A stretch of 61,682 nt of DNA, filler included, from Actinomycetota bacterium (GTDB lineage: Bacteria > Actinomycetota > Acidimicrobiia > IMCC26256 > VFJJ01), in NCBI GenBank assembly GCA_009886115.1. It is 5 parts of 5 records of this genome, joined end to end, with 100 filler letters (N's around TTAATTAATTAA, not from the genome) between each part and the next. Parts side by side here need not be neighbours in the genome. Positions count along the whole stretch, not along the records: positions 1 to 10,175 come from VFJJ01000149.1; positions 10,276 to 19,840 come from VFJJ01000110.1; 3 more parts are not named here. The stretch is one strand, 5' to 3'. Below, one piece after another: positions 1 to 10,380 of this stretch. Position 1 is the first letter of the stretch. Each line of letters opens with the position of its first letter. Under the pieces are notes generated by a model. It had not been told where the DNA came from and did no database searches. It saw only the letters and a list, made by a program, of their open reading frames with translations. The position numbers and the translations under genes were made by a program.

Positions 1-468
1 ACCGGAACCGGAACCGGAACCGGAACCGGAACCGGAACCGGGACCGGAACCGCGACCGCGACCGCGACGGCGCTCGACTCCATGGACGTTCTCGCCGATC
101 GGGTCGAGCTCGTCCGTCAACGCGTCGAGGACGGGAACCTCGAACAGGCGCTGGCCGAGCTCGGCGAGCTCCGGGTCGCGACCGTCGATCTCGACGACGA
201 GGGTCGGCTCAGCGAGGAGCACGCCGACGCCATTCGAGCCCAGATCTCCATGGTGGAGACCCGCATCGATCGGGTCGTGGCCTCCTCAGCCACAGTGACG
301 CCGGCAACGACGCGACCTGCGATCCCGGTGACCGTTCCCGACGCCTCGCCGTCGACGACGATCCCGACGCTCGCCGAGAGCGCCACCATGGCCCCTCCCA
401 CCACGCCCGCCGACGACGACAAGGAAGGCAATGGAGACAAGGGGAACCAGGGCCGGGGCGACGACTGA
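1..468 (+). CDS. 3' part of a hypothetical protein (5' end outside window); TG/TA repeat linker, helical domain, Thr/Pro-rich and Gly/Asp/Lys tail
   Basis: Frame 1 is open from base 1 (ACCGGA repeats = TGTGTG, then TATATA) into ORF 82..468; low-complexity tail typical of actinobacterial surface or kinase proteins. Confidence 0.55.
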   Translation, partial: TGTGTGTGTGTGTGTGTATATATALDSMDVLADRVELVRQRVEDGNLEQALAELGELRVATVDLDDEGRLSEEHADAIRAQISMVETRIDRVVASSATVTPATTRPAIPVTVPDASPSTTIPTLAESATMAPPTTPADDDKEGNGDKGNQGRGDD

Positions 469-493
469 TCGATCACCACGGAGCCCGCTCGCT

Positions 494-2347
494 TCACCTC
501 GATGCGATCCAGGCCCTCCAGCCCCCGAAGGTGGTGATGTCGGTCGCGCCGTCAAGGGCGGTGGGCTCGCACACGAACCCGCTCACCCAACGCCCATCGC
601 TGAGGCACACGGCCCCGATGGCGAGCGGCGGAGCGACCGCGGCGACGAACGAACCCAGACGGGCTGCGGGAACGTCCCACACCTCGACTTCGATGCTGGC
701 CCCGCCATCACCATCGCCAACCCGCACGAGGCCGGGCTTCGGCGGTGTGGTCTCGGCGATCGCGTACAGGCGATAGACGGGAGCGGTCGTGGTCGTCGCG
801 GCCAGGCTGGCCCCGATCCCGGTGAGCTGATGGTTCAACGGCTGTCCGGTGAGGTGCGCGCCCACGACGACGAGCGGGATCGTGGTCGCGTCGCTGCGAT
901 GCTCGACGGTCGACGAGCGACGCGGTCGGTCCCGCGGGCGACCGCGCTGCAGCGCACCCAACGCACGGTCGGACCCGTGGGTCTCCTGGTACTGACCAGC
1001 GAGCGCGAGGAGCAGCCGGTCGGTGCACGCCGGTCCGATGAGGGTGAACCCGGCGGGAAGTCGGCCTGCCCCACCGTGGCTTGTGAAGCCTCCCGGGGTC
1101 GCGACGGCGCACAGGTCGAGCAGGTTCACGAACGTCGAGAAACGGCCCAAGCGAGCGTTGACCCCCACGGGATCGGCCACGACGTCGTCGAGCGAGGGCA
1201 CGCCGGGCACCGAGGGCACGCACAGCACGTCGACCTCGTCCCACACACCAGCAGTGGCGATCGCCAGCTCACGTCGGTGGTACTCGGCCCTGAACGCGTC
1301 ATCTGCGCTGAACCGTCGAGCTCCGAGGATGATCGCCCGGGTCACGGCGAGCACATCGTCGGGATGGCCTTCGATGAAGTCGCCCACGGCGGCGAGTCGT
1401 TCCGCCACCCAGGGCCCGTCGTACATCAGGTCGCCGACAGCCAGGAACGGCGCCATGTCGACCACGTTCACCCGAGCGCCGAGCTCGCGGAGCTCGTCCA
1501 CCTGGCGGGCGAACGCCTCCCGGTACGCCGCATCGACATGCGCAGCAAGGGTTGCTGCATCAGGAACACCGAGCACCAGATCGGTGGGCTCCCGCGGCTC
1601 GATCAGATGCCGGGCTCCCTGCGGCCGGGCATAGGGATCGGACAGATCGAGGCCCGCGATCGCCTCGAAGACCGCAACGGCGTCGTCGGCGGTCAGTGCG
1701 AACACCGAGATGCAGTCGAGGGAACGACACGCCGGGACGACACCCCGGGTGCTGACGAGGCCCGGAGTGGGCTTGAAGCCGACCACGTTCATGATGGCCG
1801 CCGGGATACGACCCGACCCGGCCGTGTCGGTTCCGAGCGCGAACGGCACGAGACCGGCCGCCACGGCAACGGCCGAGCCCGAGCTCGACCCACCCGGGAC
1901 GAGCGACGGGTCGAACGGGTTCCTCGGCACGCCGTAGGGAGTTCGCGTCCCGACCAGCCCCGTGGCGAACTGGTCGAGGTTCGTCTTTCCCACGACGACG
2001 GCGCCCGCTTCGAGCAGCCTCTCGACCACCTGCGCCGATGCGGCGGCCACCGAGGCGAACGCAGGGCACCCGGCCGTCGTCACCTGGCCGGCGATGTCGA
2101 TGTTGTCCTTGACAGCGAAGGGAATCCCGTACAGCGGGAGGCGGTCGATCTCGAGACCCCGACTGTCGAGAAGACCGGCGGCGCGCTCGACGGCCGCCCC
2201 GTCGATCGCGCCGATCCACACGGCTGGGTCGTCGTGAGCCGCTATCGCCGCGAGCACCTCACGGGCGACGTCACCCGGGTGCAGCGATCCTTCGGTGAGG
2301 GCTTGGCGCAGCGCGGCGATGGTCGAGGCTGCTTGAGGCGTCGTCAC
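494..2347 (-). CDS. atzF: allophanate hydrolase
   Basis: Amidase signature [42 protein letters not shown]-terminal AH domain [13 protein letters not shown]...GFVCE...[11 protein letters not shown]. Confidence 0.95.
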   Translation of the reverse strand: MTTPQAASTIAALRQALTEGSLHPGDVAREVLAAIAAHDDPAVWIGAIDGAAVERAAGLLDSRGLEIDRLPLYGIPFAVKDNIDIAGQVTTAGCPAFASVAAASAQVVERLLEAGAVVVGKTNLDQFATGLVGTRTPYGVPRNPFDPSLVPGGSSSGSAVAVAAGLVPFALGTDTAGSGRIPAAIMNVVGFKPTPGLVSTRGVVPACRSLDCISVFALTADDAVAVFEAIAGLDLSDPYARPQGARHLIEPREPTDLVLGVPDAATLAAHVDAAYREAFARQVDELRELGARVNVVDMAPFLAVGDLMYDGPWVAERLAAVGDFIEGHPDDVLAVTRAIILGARRFSADDAFRAEYHRRELAIATAGVWDEVDVLCVPSVPGVPSLDDVVADPVGVNARLGRFSTFVNLLDLCAVATPGGFTSHGGAGRLPAGFTLIGPACTDRLLLALAGQYQETHGSDRALGALQRGRPRDRPRRSSTVEHRSDATTIPLVVVGAHLTGQPLNHQLTGIGASLAATTTTAPVYRLYAIAETTPPKPGLVRVGDGDGGASIEVEVWDVPAARLGSFVAAVAPPLAIGAVCLSDGRWVSGFVCEPTALDGATDITTFGGWRAWIASR

Positions 2348-3033
2348 GACTTCAAGGCTTGCAGCAGCGCCTCCGAGGGGGCTACCGCGCCGAAGACCCC
2401 GCCCTGCATGGTGACCATCTTGAGGGCCGCGAGGTAGTTACCGTGGTCGGTCGCGCCCGTGCAGTCGGACAGCAACAGGCACTCGTAGCCTCGGTCGTTG
2501 GCCTCGCGCATCGTGGTGTGGACGCACACATCGGTGGTGATCCCGGTGAACACCAGGTGGGTGATCCCGCGATTGCGCAGCACGAGGTCGAGCGAGGTCG
2601 CGTAGAACGCGCCCTTGCCCGGCTTGTCGATGACGGGCTCACCCGGCAGCGGAGCCACCTCGGGCACGATCTCCCATCCGGGCTCTCCCCGGACCAGGAT
2701 GCGCCCGCACGGACCTGCGTCGCCGATGCCCGCGCCGATGCGTCGCGACCGCCAGAGCTTGTTGGCCGGGAGGTCGCTCAGGTCGGGCTGATGGCCCTCT
2801 CGGGTGTGGACGACGGTCATCCCGATGCTGCGCACCGCGGCCAGAACCCGGGCCGTGGGCTCCAGCCCCGCCCGGGTGAGCTGGAGGTCGTAGCCCATGG
2901 AGTCGACGTAGCCACCCGGGCCGCAGAAGTCGGTCTGCCAGTCGATGCAGACGAGCGCGGTTCGTGACGGATCGATCGCACCCTCGTAGGGCCACGGGTA
3001 CGGGTCGGCATCGACCGCCGAGAAGGTGGTCAT
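2344..3033 (-). CDS. biuH: biuret hydrolase (isochorismatase-like cysteine hydrolase)
   Basis: [70 protein letters not shown] closely match BiuH; D-K-C triad intact; start reset to ATG 3033 (overlaps upstream stop). Confidence 0.9.
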   Translation of the reverse strand: MTTFSAVDADPYPWPYEGAIDPSRTALVCIDWQTDFCGPGGYVDSMGYDLQLTRAGLEPTARVLAAVRSIGMTVVHTREGHQPDLSDLPANKLWRSRRIGAGIGDAGPCGRILVRGEPGWEIVPEVAPLPGEPVIDKPGKGAFYATSLDLVLRNRGITHLVFTGITTDVCVHTTMREANDRGYECLLLSDCTGATDHGNYLAALKMVTMQGGVFGAVAPSEALLQALKS

Positions 3034-3740
3034 CGTTGTCTCCTTGGGGTTTGAGCGATCGAGGATCGGGTCGGCGGATGTTCCGGGACCGCCAGGGCGG
3101 CGACGACGTCGGCCGACAGACCGACGGCCCCGAAGATGCCGCCCGACATGTTCACCATCGAGACCGCAGGGTCGACGTTCGCCTGATCGAGAGCCGCGCA
3201 GGCGTCGACGACGAGCAGGCATTCGTAGCCCCGGTCGTTGGCGCTCCGAAGCGTCGAATGGACCGGGCCTTCGAGGCCGCAGCCTCCGATGAGCAGATGA
3301 TCACGTCCGGCTGCCCGCAGCACGCCGTCGAGCGCGCTGCCCATGAACCCGTCGACACCGGCACAGGTAACGGCCACGGCGTCGGGAACCACGGGGGGAC
3401 CCCCGGAGCCGCCGTGGGTCGAGGAGCCGTCGTGGGTCGAGGAGCCGCCGTGCGCCAGGGTGCCCCGGTGAGCTGCGAGTCGAGGCAGGGTCGATGGCGT
3501 CGGATGGTCGATCACGACGGTCAGAGGGGCGATCGCGGCAAGCGCCTGGACGACACGGGCGGCGATTCCCGGGGCGTGCGATCGGCGCCACCATTCGGCC
3601 GACCAGCCCGCGATCACCAGGGCCCAGCGGCCTGGCGAGAGGTCGCCGTCGTACGGCCACGGATACGGGGTGGTCCCGGGAACCGTGCCGACGACACGGT
3701 CGATGATGGCGCGCGTGGTCATCAGCGATGTCACGGCCAA
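3030..3740 (-). CDS. BiuH/TrtA-like cysteine hydrolase paralogue lacking the catalytic triad
   Basis: Keeps [26 protein letters not shown] and MSGGIFG, but catalytic D, K and C are replaced; start 3740 or nearby. Confidence 0.8.
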   Translation of the reverse strand: MAVTSLMTTRAIIDRVVGTVPGTTPYPWPYDGDLSPGRWALVIAGWSAEWWRRSHAPGIAARVVQALAAIAPLTVVIDHPTPSTLPRLAAHRGTLAHGGSSTHDGSSTHGGSGGPPVVPDAVAVTCAGVDGFMGSALDGVLRAAGRDHLLIGGCGLEGPVHSTLRSANDRGYECLLVVDACAALDQANVDPAVSMVNMSGGIFGAVGLSADVVAALAVPEHPPTRSSIAQTPRRQR

Positions 3741-4501
3741 CTCCGATCGGGGAGCGATTCAAGCGTTGCGCGCACGAGCTCGGCGAACCCGTGCGGATCG
3801 TCGACCTGGGGCAGATGACCCGCCCCGGGAACCACGAAGACGTCTGCCCCGATGAGCGAGGCCCCCGTGGCCACGGCGTCGTGCCGGGCTCGCCCCGACC
3901 GCTCCCCCACCGACACCGTCACCGGCATGGGGAGTGCAGCCAGCTCGGCCGTCGTCGGAGCAAAGCTGACGAAGCCCGGCACCTCTTCGACGATGACGCG
4001 GTGGCGGGCTCGTACGCTCTCGACCGTCGCCGCCGGGAGCCCGTCCCAGCTCTCGCCGACGAGGTCCTTCACGAACCCGAGCGCCGCATCGGGAGTCGCG
4101 TCGCTCGACAGGCGAACCGCACGGGCGACGATCAGATCGTGCAGCTCCGAAGCGAGCGGCCCGAAGAGTGGTTCGTGGGCGACGAGACAGGCGACCCGCT
4201 CGGGCTGGGTGATCGCTGCCACGATGCCGAGCGTTGCTCCACCGCTGACTCCCACCCACCGGTACGGTCCGGCTCCGAGCGACGCCGCCTGAGCCCAGAT
4301 ACCGGCGAGCTGCCCGCACAGCCCATCCGGCGGCGACGGCGACGGCGCCTCCGACCCGTAGCCGGGCCGGGAAACGATCAGGACCCGGTACGACGACGCC
4401 AGGATCCGGGCAACGTCGACGAAGGTCTCCGGCCCCGGGCCCACGCCGTGGACCAGCAGGAGCGGCGGGCCTTCACCGAGCGGGACAGCGAGTGCGCTCA
4501 T
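3731..4501 (-). CDS. alpha/beta fold hydrolase
   Basis: LLLVHG, SRPGYG, GVSGGA nucleophile elbow, GAGHLP catalytic His. Confidence 0.85.
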   Translation of the reverse strand: MSALAVPLGEGPPLLLVHGVGPGPETFVDVARILASSYRVLIVSRPGYGSEAPSPSPPDGLCGQLAGIWAQAASLGAGPYRWVGVSGGATLGIVAAITQPERVACLVAHEPLFGPLASELHDLIVARAVRLSSDATPDAALGFVKDLVGESWDGLPAATVESVRARHRVIVEEVPGFVSFAPTTAELAALPMPVTVSVGERSGRARHDAVATGASLIGADVFVVPGAGHLPQVDDPHGFAELVRATLESLPDRSWP

Positions 4502-4533
4502 GGTCGTTCAGCCTCCGGTGGACCGGCCCGCAC

Positions 4534-4563
4534 CGGCGGGGGAGCAACGCGGCTCCCCCGCCG
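4534..4563 (-). terminator. intercistronic stem-loop after the binding-protein gene
   Basis: 12-bp perfect inverted repeat CGGCGGGGGAGC/GCTCCCCCGCCG; no U tract. Confidence 0.5.
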
Positions 4564-4574
4564 AACGTGCATCG

Positions 4575-5765
4575 TCAGCCGATTGCGCCGATCACTCCCT
4601 CCACGAAGAAGTCCATGGTCTCGATGTCCTCGTAGGAGGGCTGCTCACCTTCGGCGAAGACGATGGAGCCGTCCTGGGCCAGGACCGGCCCGCTGAACGG
4701 AGAGCCACCGGTCACGAACCGCTCCCTCGCCGCGTCGATGAGGGCCACCGTGTCAGCGTCGACGGACGATCCGAACGCCGACTGCACGAACGGGTTGTCA
4801 CCGGTCTGGAGCCCCACCCGGTAGTCGCCGTTGAAGGCACTGGCGACGAACCCGCCGTCGATCACCGTCTGCACGATGTCGATGTAGAGCGGTCCCCAGT
4901 TCCACTCCGAGCCCGTGAGCCACCCGGTCGGGGCGAGCGACGAGGCATCGGCGTGGTAGCCGACGGTGAATGCGCCAGCGGCCTCGGTCGCCTCGATGAT
5001 CGTCTTGGTGCAGTCCTGGTGCTGGGTCAGCACGTCGGCGCCCTGGTCGAGGAGGCTCTGCGCAGCTTGCGCCTGCAGGCCGGGGTCGCACCAGCTTCCC
5101 GTCGCCAGCGTGATCACCTCGACATCGGGGTTGACGGACTCCGCGCCCAGGGTGAAGGCGTTGATGTTGGCCAGCGTCTGGGGGATCGGGAAGGCGTAGA
5201 CGTAGCCGAGCGTGCCCGACTCGGTGGCGGCGCCCGCCGCGATGCCAGCCGTGTAAACAGGCTCGTAGACCGTCCCGAAGTACGTGCCCAGGTTGTCGAG
5301 CTTGGCCTCGCCTTCGAGACCTCCCTGGTGCACGAACACCACGTCGGGGTTGTCGGCGGCCAGGTTGCGGGCGAACTCGAGATGCCCGTAGCTGGTGGCG
5401 AAGATCAGGGTTGCGCCATCGTCGATCATCTTCTGCATGACCGCCTCGGCCTCGGCCGTCTCCGGGACGTTCTCGGCCTGCATGATCGTGACGGCGGGGA
5501 ACGCGGCCTGCACAGCCTCGCTGCCCTGGAACGCGGCCTGGTTGTACCCGAAGTCGTCCTTCGGGCCGACGTAGATGAAGCCGATCGTGAGGCTCCCCTC
5601 CGCCGGCGCGGCACCCTCGGCCGGGGCTTCCGCTGTGGTGTCGTCGGTCGGAGCGGACGTCTCGGGCGAGGCCGTTGCGCCGCTGTCGTCGTCGTCGCCG
5701 CATGCCGCGACGAGGATCCCGAGGGCGAGGATGGCCGCCAGTGTGCCGGTGCGTCTACTTCTCAT
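4575..5765 (-). CDS. BMP-family ABC transporter substrate-binding lipoprotein
   Basis: Lipobox LVAAC, GFIYVGPKDDFGYNQA, FATSYGH, INAFTLGA; GGAGG RBS before ATG 5765. Confidence 0.92.
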   Translation of the reverse strand: MRSRRTGTLAAILALGILVAACGDDDDSGATASPETSAPTDDTTAEAPAEGAAPAEGSLTIGFIYVGPKDDFGYNQAAFQGSEAVQAAFPAVTIMQAENVPETAEAEAVMQKMIDDGATLIFATSYGHLEFARNLAADNPDVVFVHQGGLEGEAKLDNLGTYFGTVYEPVYTAGIAAGAATESGTLGYVYAFPIPQTLANINAFTLGAESVNPDVEVITLATGSWCDPGLQAQAAQSLLDQGADVLTQHQDCTKTIIEATEAAGAFTVGYHADASSLAPTGWLTGSEWNWGPLYIDIVQTVIDGGFVASAFNGDYRVGLQTGDNPFVQSAFGSSVDADTVALIDAARERFVTGGSPFSGPVLAQDGSIVFAEGEQPSYEDIETMDFFVEGVIGAIG

Positions 5766-5887
5766 TCGTGGTCCTCCATAGGTGGTTGTGGTCACTGCGA
5801 AAGGGCCCGGCGCCAGAGCGACGGTGGCGGCCTCGTGGCTGCACCGCGGCGCGGTGATGGGTGCCGGCGATGGGTGCCGGCGATGGC

Positions 5888-6787
5888 TCAGCCGAGAACC
5901 CGGGCCAGGGATTCGGGGCTCCGCTGGAGCTGGCGGCGACTCATCACCGCCAGCACGACGATGACGGTCACGTACGGCATCGCCTGCAGCAGGTACTTCG
6001 AGATTTCCGATCCCCGGGCCTGGAGCTCGAGCTGGAGGGCGATGGCTCCCGAGAACAGGTACGCGCCGCCGATGGCCTTGAGCGGGTTCCAGGCGGCGAA
6101 GATCACCAGGGCCACGGCCACGAAACCGCGACCGACCGTCATGTTCTCCGACCAGTTCCTGGTGAATGCCGTCGAGAGCTGGCCACCGCCGAGCCCGGCC
6201 AGCGACCCGCCCACGACGACGGCCACGTACCTGATGCGGACCGGCGACAGGCCGAAGGCCTCGAGGACTTCGGGACGTTCTCCCGCTGCCCTGAGCTTCA
6301 TGCCCGTTCGGGTGCGGAACACCACGAACCAGGTGACCACGGCAGCGACGAGCGACAGATACGTCAAGGGATCGTGGTCGAACAACACCCGTCCGATGAA
6401 CGGGACCTCCGACAGCCCGGGGACGGGAACCGCGGCGAACGCGTTGACCCCTTGACCGACATAGCTCTGGCCGAACAGCGCCGTCGTCCCCAGTCCGAGG
6501 AAGGTGATGACCAGGCCCGTGGCGATCTGGTTCGACCCGCGCGAGAGCACCATGAACGCGTGCACCAGCGCGAGGGCCGCGCCGGCCGCGGCGCCGGCGA
6601 GCGCGCCGAGCCAGACGCTGCCGGTCTCGATGCCCACGACGTAGGCCGCCAGGGCTCCGGCGAGCATGCAGCCCTCGGTTCCGAGGTTGATCACGCCCGA
6701 TCGCTCGGCGATCGTCTCGCCCAACACCGGGTAGAGCATCGACGTGCCGCCCCTGACGGCTCCCGCCAGTACCGACTCGATCAGCAT
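5888..6787 (-). CDS. ABC transporter permease (nucleoside/BMP type)
   Basis: GETIAERSGVINLGTEG, LRAAGE, GRGFVAVALVIF; ATG 6787 coupled to upstream stop. Confidence 0.92.
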   Translation of the reverse strand: MLIESVLAGAVRGGTSMLYPVLGETIAERSGVINLGTEGCMLAGALAAYVVGIETGSVWLGALAGAAAGAALALVHAFMVLSRGSNQIATGLVITFLGLGTTALFGQSYVGQGVNAFAAVPVPGLSEVPFIGRVLFDHDPLTYLSLVAAVVTWFVVFRTRTGMKLRAAGERPEVLEAFGLSPVRIRYVAVVVGGSLAGLGGGQLSTAFTRNWSENMTVGRGFVAVALVIFAAWNPLKAIGGAYLFSGAIALQLELQARGSEISKYLLQAMPYVTVIVVLAVMSRRQLQRSPESLARVLG

Positions 6788-7950
6788 CAGCGCGCTCCCC
6801 GTGGTTGGGCGAAACCGAGAATCGCCAGGAGTACCAAGGCCATGAGCACGTCGACGGCCCCGCCCGAGAGGCCGGTCGCGATCTTGAGCCCGAAGCCGCC
6901 GACCACGATCGCCCCGAGCATCACCGAGGCCACCACCGCCTTGAGCGGGTCGTGCCGGGCCAGCCACGAACCGAGGAATGCGACATACCCGTATCCCCCG
7001 AGGATCTCCGGTCGCAACCGGCCCTCGACTCCGGCGAGCTCGACGAACCCGCCCAGCCCCGCCAGGGCCCCGCCGACGAGCATGGCCCCGATCGTGAGCC
7101 GGGCCACGGGAAACCCGGCCCGCCGCGCCGCTTCCTCATTGCCGCCGAGCACTTGCAGGCGAAAGCCCCAGGAGGTCGAGCGCAGCGCCAGCCACACGAA
7201 CACGGCGGCGATGAGTGCGACGACGATCCCGAGATGAACCCGCTCACCCCAGATGACGGGCAGCCTCGTCGTGGTGTCGAGCTCGCGCGAGTAGGCCTGG
7301 CCCAGGCTCGCCGGGTCCTTCCACGGCTCGAACACCAACCAGGTGAGCACGAGCGCAGCGATGTAGTTCAACAACAGCGAGGTGATGGCCTCGCTCGTGG
7401 CCGTGAAGAGCTTGAGCAGCACGGGTATCGCCGCCCAGGCCGCACCCAGCGCGGCTCCGCCGAGCCCGGCGAGAACGAGGGCCGCCGGACGGGGAAGGGC
7501 GCCATCGAGCGCCATCGCCATGCCGTGGGCCCCGATCGCTCCCATCAGGAGTTGGCCTTCGCCGCCGATGTTGAACAGCCCGGCCCGGGCCGGCACCACG
7601 ACAGCCAGGCTGGCGAGGAGAATCGGCGCCGCGCGGACAAGCGTCTCGCCGAGGTTGTTGGTGCTCCCGAAAGCCGACTCCCACATGGCTTCGAGCGCGG
7701 TCACGGGATCGGCGCCCTTGGTCGCGAGAAACGCGCCGTAGAGCACGACCGCAGCCGAGAGGGCGAACGTCCATCTGAGCACGGCGGACGCGTGCCCCCA
7801 ACCAGCACCGCCCGATGCGAGCGACGTGACGGACGTGCCGTCACCGGGGGTGAGGCCCGCTGCGCCCGTCGTCAGGCCCTGCGATGACTCGTCGACGGGC
7901 TCGTCGATCGGCTCGTCGTCGAACGGGTGGACCGAAGTCTCCACGCTCAT
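6787..7950 (-). CDS. ABC transporter permease (nucleoside/BMP type)
   Basis: [34 protein letters not shown]; multiple TM segments. Confidence 0.92.
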   Translation of the reverse strand: MSVETSVHPFDDEPIDEPVDESSQGLTTGAAGLTPGDGTSVTSLASGGAGWGHASAVLRWTFALSAAVVLYGAFLATKGADPVTALEAMWESAFGSTNNLGETLVRAAPILLASLAVVVPARAGLFNIGGEGQLLMGAIGAHGMAMALDGALPRPAALVLAGLGGAALGAAWAAIPVLLKLFTATSEAITSLLLNYIAALVLTWLVFEPWKDPASLGQAYSRELDTTTRLPVIWGERVHLGIVVALIAAVFVWLALRSTSWGFRLQVLGGNEEAARRAGFPVARLTIGAMLVGGALAGLGGFVELAGVEGRLRPEILGGYGYVAFLGSWLARHDPLKAVVASVMLGAIVVGGFGLKIATGLSGGAVDVLMALVLLAILGFAQPRGAR

Positions 7951-9461
7951 GCCGCGGCTCCGTCGATCATCAACCGTCCCACGTGCTGGCGGTCGGCGCC
8001 GCCGGCATCGACGATCCCGACAACCTTCCCGCCGTGGAGCACGACGATCCGGTCGGCCACGGCGAGCAGCTCGTCGAGATCCTCAGAGACCATCAGCACG
8101 GCCACACCACGGGAGCGGCTCTCGAGCAGCAGCGTCTGCGTCGCCTGGACCGACGCCACGTCGAGACCTCGGCTGGCGTAGGCCGCGACCACGACCTTGG
8201 TGCCCTCGGCGGCAAAGGCCCGGGTGAGCACCACCCGCTGCACGTTGCCGCCCGAGAGCGACGAAACCCGCCGATCGAGCAACGCGAGGTTCAACCGGGC
8301 GGCGATCGGATGATCGTCGAACCGGCGACGGGCGATGTTCCAGTCGACGCCCAGACCGCGTCTCGGGAGTGGGCGTCCATCGAGGACGAGGTGCTGCAGG
8401 ACGCTCAGCCCCGGCACAACGGAGTCCGAGATCGGATCCTCGGGCACCGACACCGCGCCCGCAGCGAGGGCCCGCCGCGGATCAGGGCGCTCGATCGGCT
8501 CGTCAGCGATGTGCACCGTCCCTTCCCGCAGGGTTCTCAACCCGAGCACGGCCTCGAGCAACTCCCGCTGCCCGTTGCCCGACACGCCGGCGACACCGAC
8601 GATCTCGCCTTCGCGGACCTCGAACGTGACGTTGCGCACCGCAGGACGACCGTCGGCGGCGTCGACCGACACGTTGTTCACGACGAGCGCCGGGCGATGT
8701 CCCACTGGCGGACGTTCGGTGGCGAGGGTCGGTACCGACCGCCCGACCATGTGCTCGATGAGTTGATCGTCGCTCAGGTCGTCGGGGTCGGCGCCGGCAA
8801 CGACGACCCGGCCGCCCCGCAGCACGGTGACCCGGTTGGCCACGGCCCGGGTCTCGCGCAGCTTGTGGGTGATGAGCGCGACGGCGAGACCGAGGTCGCG
8901 CAGTCGAGCGACGACCTGCAACAGCGCGTCGACCTCCTGGGGTGCCAGTGCGCTGGTCGGCTCGTCGAGGATCACGACACGAGCGTCGGCCACGAGCACC
9001 CGCAGGATCTCGACGAGTTGGCGCTGCGACAGCGACAGGTCGCGTACGAGACGGTCGGGCTCGACGGCGAGCCCGAACCGCTCGGCCGCAGCGACGACCC
9101 GCTCCCGGGCTTCGCGCCGTCGGAAGCGTCCCCGACCGGCCGACAGCTCGATGTTCTCGAGAACGGTGAAGGCCGGGACGAGCCGCAGGTCCTGGAACAC
9201 CATGCCGATGCCCAGTTCACGGGAGTCGGCCGGCGAACCGATCTCGACCGGTGACCCGTCGACGAGGACGGTGCCCTCCTGGGGGTGGTTCACCCCGTAC
9301 AGGGCCTTCATCAGGGTGCTCTTTCCGGCCCCGTTCTCGCCGAGCACGGCGTGGATCTCACCGGCGTAGAGCTCGAGATCGACGGCGTCGTTGGCGACGA
9401 GCGCCCCGAAGCGCATGGTGACACCACGGGCCTCGAGGATCGGTGTTCGGGGGCTGTGCAC
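7947..9461 (-). CDS. ABC transporter ATP-binding protein, two ATPase domains (CUT2 type)
   Basis: [39 protein letters not shown] 9461 preferred (leaderless, TACGTT -10 at 9473-9468); track start is 9488. Confidence 0.92.
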   Translation of the reverse strand: MHSPRTPILEARGVTMRFGALVANDAVDLELYAGEIHAVLGENGAGKSTLMKALYGVNHPQEGTVLVDGSPVEIGSPADSRELGIGMVFQDLRLVPAFTVLENIELSAGRGRFRRREARERVVAAAERFGLAVEPDRLVRDLSLSQRQLVEILRVLVADARVVILDEPTSALAPQEVDALLQVVARLRDLGLAVALITHKLRETRAVANRVTVLRGGRVVVAGADPDDLSDDQLIEHMVGRSVPTLATERPPVGHRPALVVNNVSVDAADGRPAVRNVTFEVREGEIVGVAGVSGNGQRELLEAVLGLRTLREGTVHIADEPIERPDPRRALAAGAVSVPEDPISDSVVPGLSVLQHLVLDGRPLPRRGLGVDWNIARRRFDDHPIAARLNLALLDRRVSSLSGGNVQRVVLTRAFAAEGTKVVVAAYASRGLDVASVQATQTLLLESRSRGVAVLMVSEDLDELLAVADRIVVLHGGKVVGIVDAGGADRQHVGRLMIDGAAA

Positions 9462-9494
9462 GGGAGGAACGTACGAGTCCCCGGTCAACGCACC

Positions 9495-9543
9495 GTGTGG
9501 TCACGGTGACGACTGCGTGTCAACCGCCTGACACCAAGCTGAC
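9495..9543 (-). promoter_or_regulatory. putative GlnR-box array
   Basis: Five 5-mers at exact 11-bp period: GTCAG-n6-GTCAG-n6-GACAC-n6-GTCAC-n6-CACAC, upstream of a nitrogen-scavenging operon. Confidence 0.5.
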
Positions 9544-9789
9544 CATCGAGCCGCGCGTCGACACGCTCTCGGGCGCGCTGGTTCAAGCTGCATCGGCCTG
9601 GGATCCGTGGAGGCTCCTACCCTTGGAAGCGAGGATGGAGTCAGTACGCGGTGTCGGGCCGAGTGCCAGGCGCTGCTCGAGCTGCCGGGCGCGGTGCAGG
9701 ACGAGCTCGGCGCCGGTGCCCGGTTCGAGGGCGGACGACGCGTGCTCGCTTCGAGGTGGGCTCACCTTCGCCGACGTTGGTGCCGGCGG

Positions 9790-10042
9790 TGGTGCTCGTG
9801 CGCCTGGCGGTGAGCAGTGGGCAGGGGTTCCGCTGGAGCCGGTCCCACCGCACGGCGTCATCGAGGGCCTTGTGCACCGCCGTGTGAACCTGGCGGACTC
9901 TCCGGGCCGAAAGCCCGGTGGCACTGCGCCGGAGCGATCCATCGGTCATCGGGTCGCCGTAGAGCCGGTTGACGACCGAGGCGTCGACACTGGCAACCGC
10001 AGGGACCCCGATCCGCGAGACCACGTCGGAGCGGAGCTCCAA
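9790..10042 (-). pseudogene. tyrosine integrase remnant (core-binding/SAM-like domain only)
   Basis: VNRLYG...GLSARRVRQVHTAVHKALDDAVRWDRLQRNP is typical of actinobacterial Int core-binding domains; no catalytic domain follows. Confidence 0.7.
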
Positions 10043-10112
10043 TCCGTGACCAGCGGGCTCGCGAGACGGGGTGCCGGTTGCCCGACACCCCGTGTGACCT
10101 GCGCTGCTACCT

Positions 10113-10155
10113 GAGGCGGCGAGCGGAATTGAACCGCTGTAGAGGGTTTTGCAGA
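10113..10155 (-). mobile_element. att site: 3' half of tRNA-Cys(GCA)
   Basis: Minus strand TCTGCAAAACCCTCTACAGCGGTTCAATTCCGCTCGCCGCCTC = anticodon loop, T arm and acceptor 3' strand; 5' anticodon stem and D arm absent. Confidence 0.75.
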
Positions 10156-10175
10156 TCTGGTTTCGCCGTCCGGCC

Positions 10176-10275
10176 NNNNNNNNNNNNNNNNNNNNNNNNN
10201 NNNNNNNNNNNNNNNNNNNTTAATTAATTAANNNNNNNNNNNNNNNNNNNNNNNNNNNNNNNNNNNNNNNNNNNN
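10176..10275. other. artificial contig linker
   Basis: N run with central TTAATTAATTAA (stops in all frames). Confidence 0.98.
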
Positions 10276-10310
10276 CTGCCGGGCGGCTCGACTTCCGCGG
10301 GTGCGCACCT

Positions 10311-10380
10311 GTGACGGAGTGACGGAGCGACGGTGTGACGGAGTGACGGAGTGACGGAGTGACGGAGTGACGGAGTGACG
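10311..10380. repeat. 8-bp tandem repeat (GTGACGGA)n, about 8-9 copies
   Basis: Direct reading; two variant units; abuts the stop codon of the helicase gene. Confidence 0.9.

Noticed and set aside
9489..9640. Guanidine riboswitch upstream of the ABC operon
   Set aside because: No ykkC, mini-ykkC or guanidine-III motifs recognised; GlnR-like boxes explain the region better
10113..10175. Intact tRNA-Cys gene
   Set aside because: Sequence 5' of the anticodon loop does not pair with the 3' stem and has no D arm; kept only as an att fragment
10176..10275. TTAATTAATTAA motif (also at 19841, 27489 and 39972) as a biological site
   Set aside because: Identical 100-nt N-padded linkers are contig-joining artefacts; no cross-linker synteny was inferred
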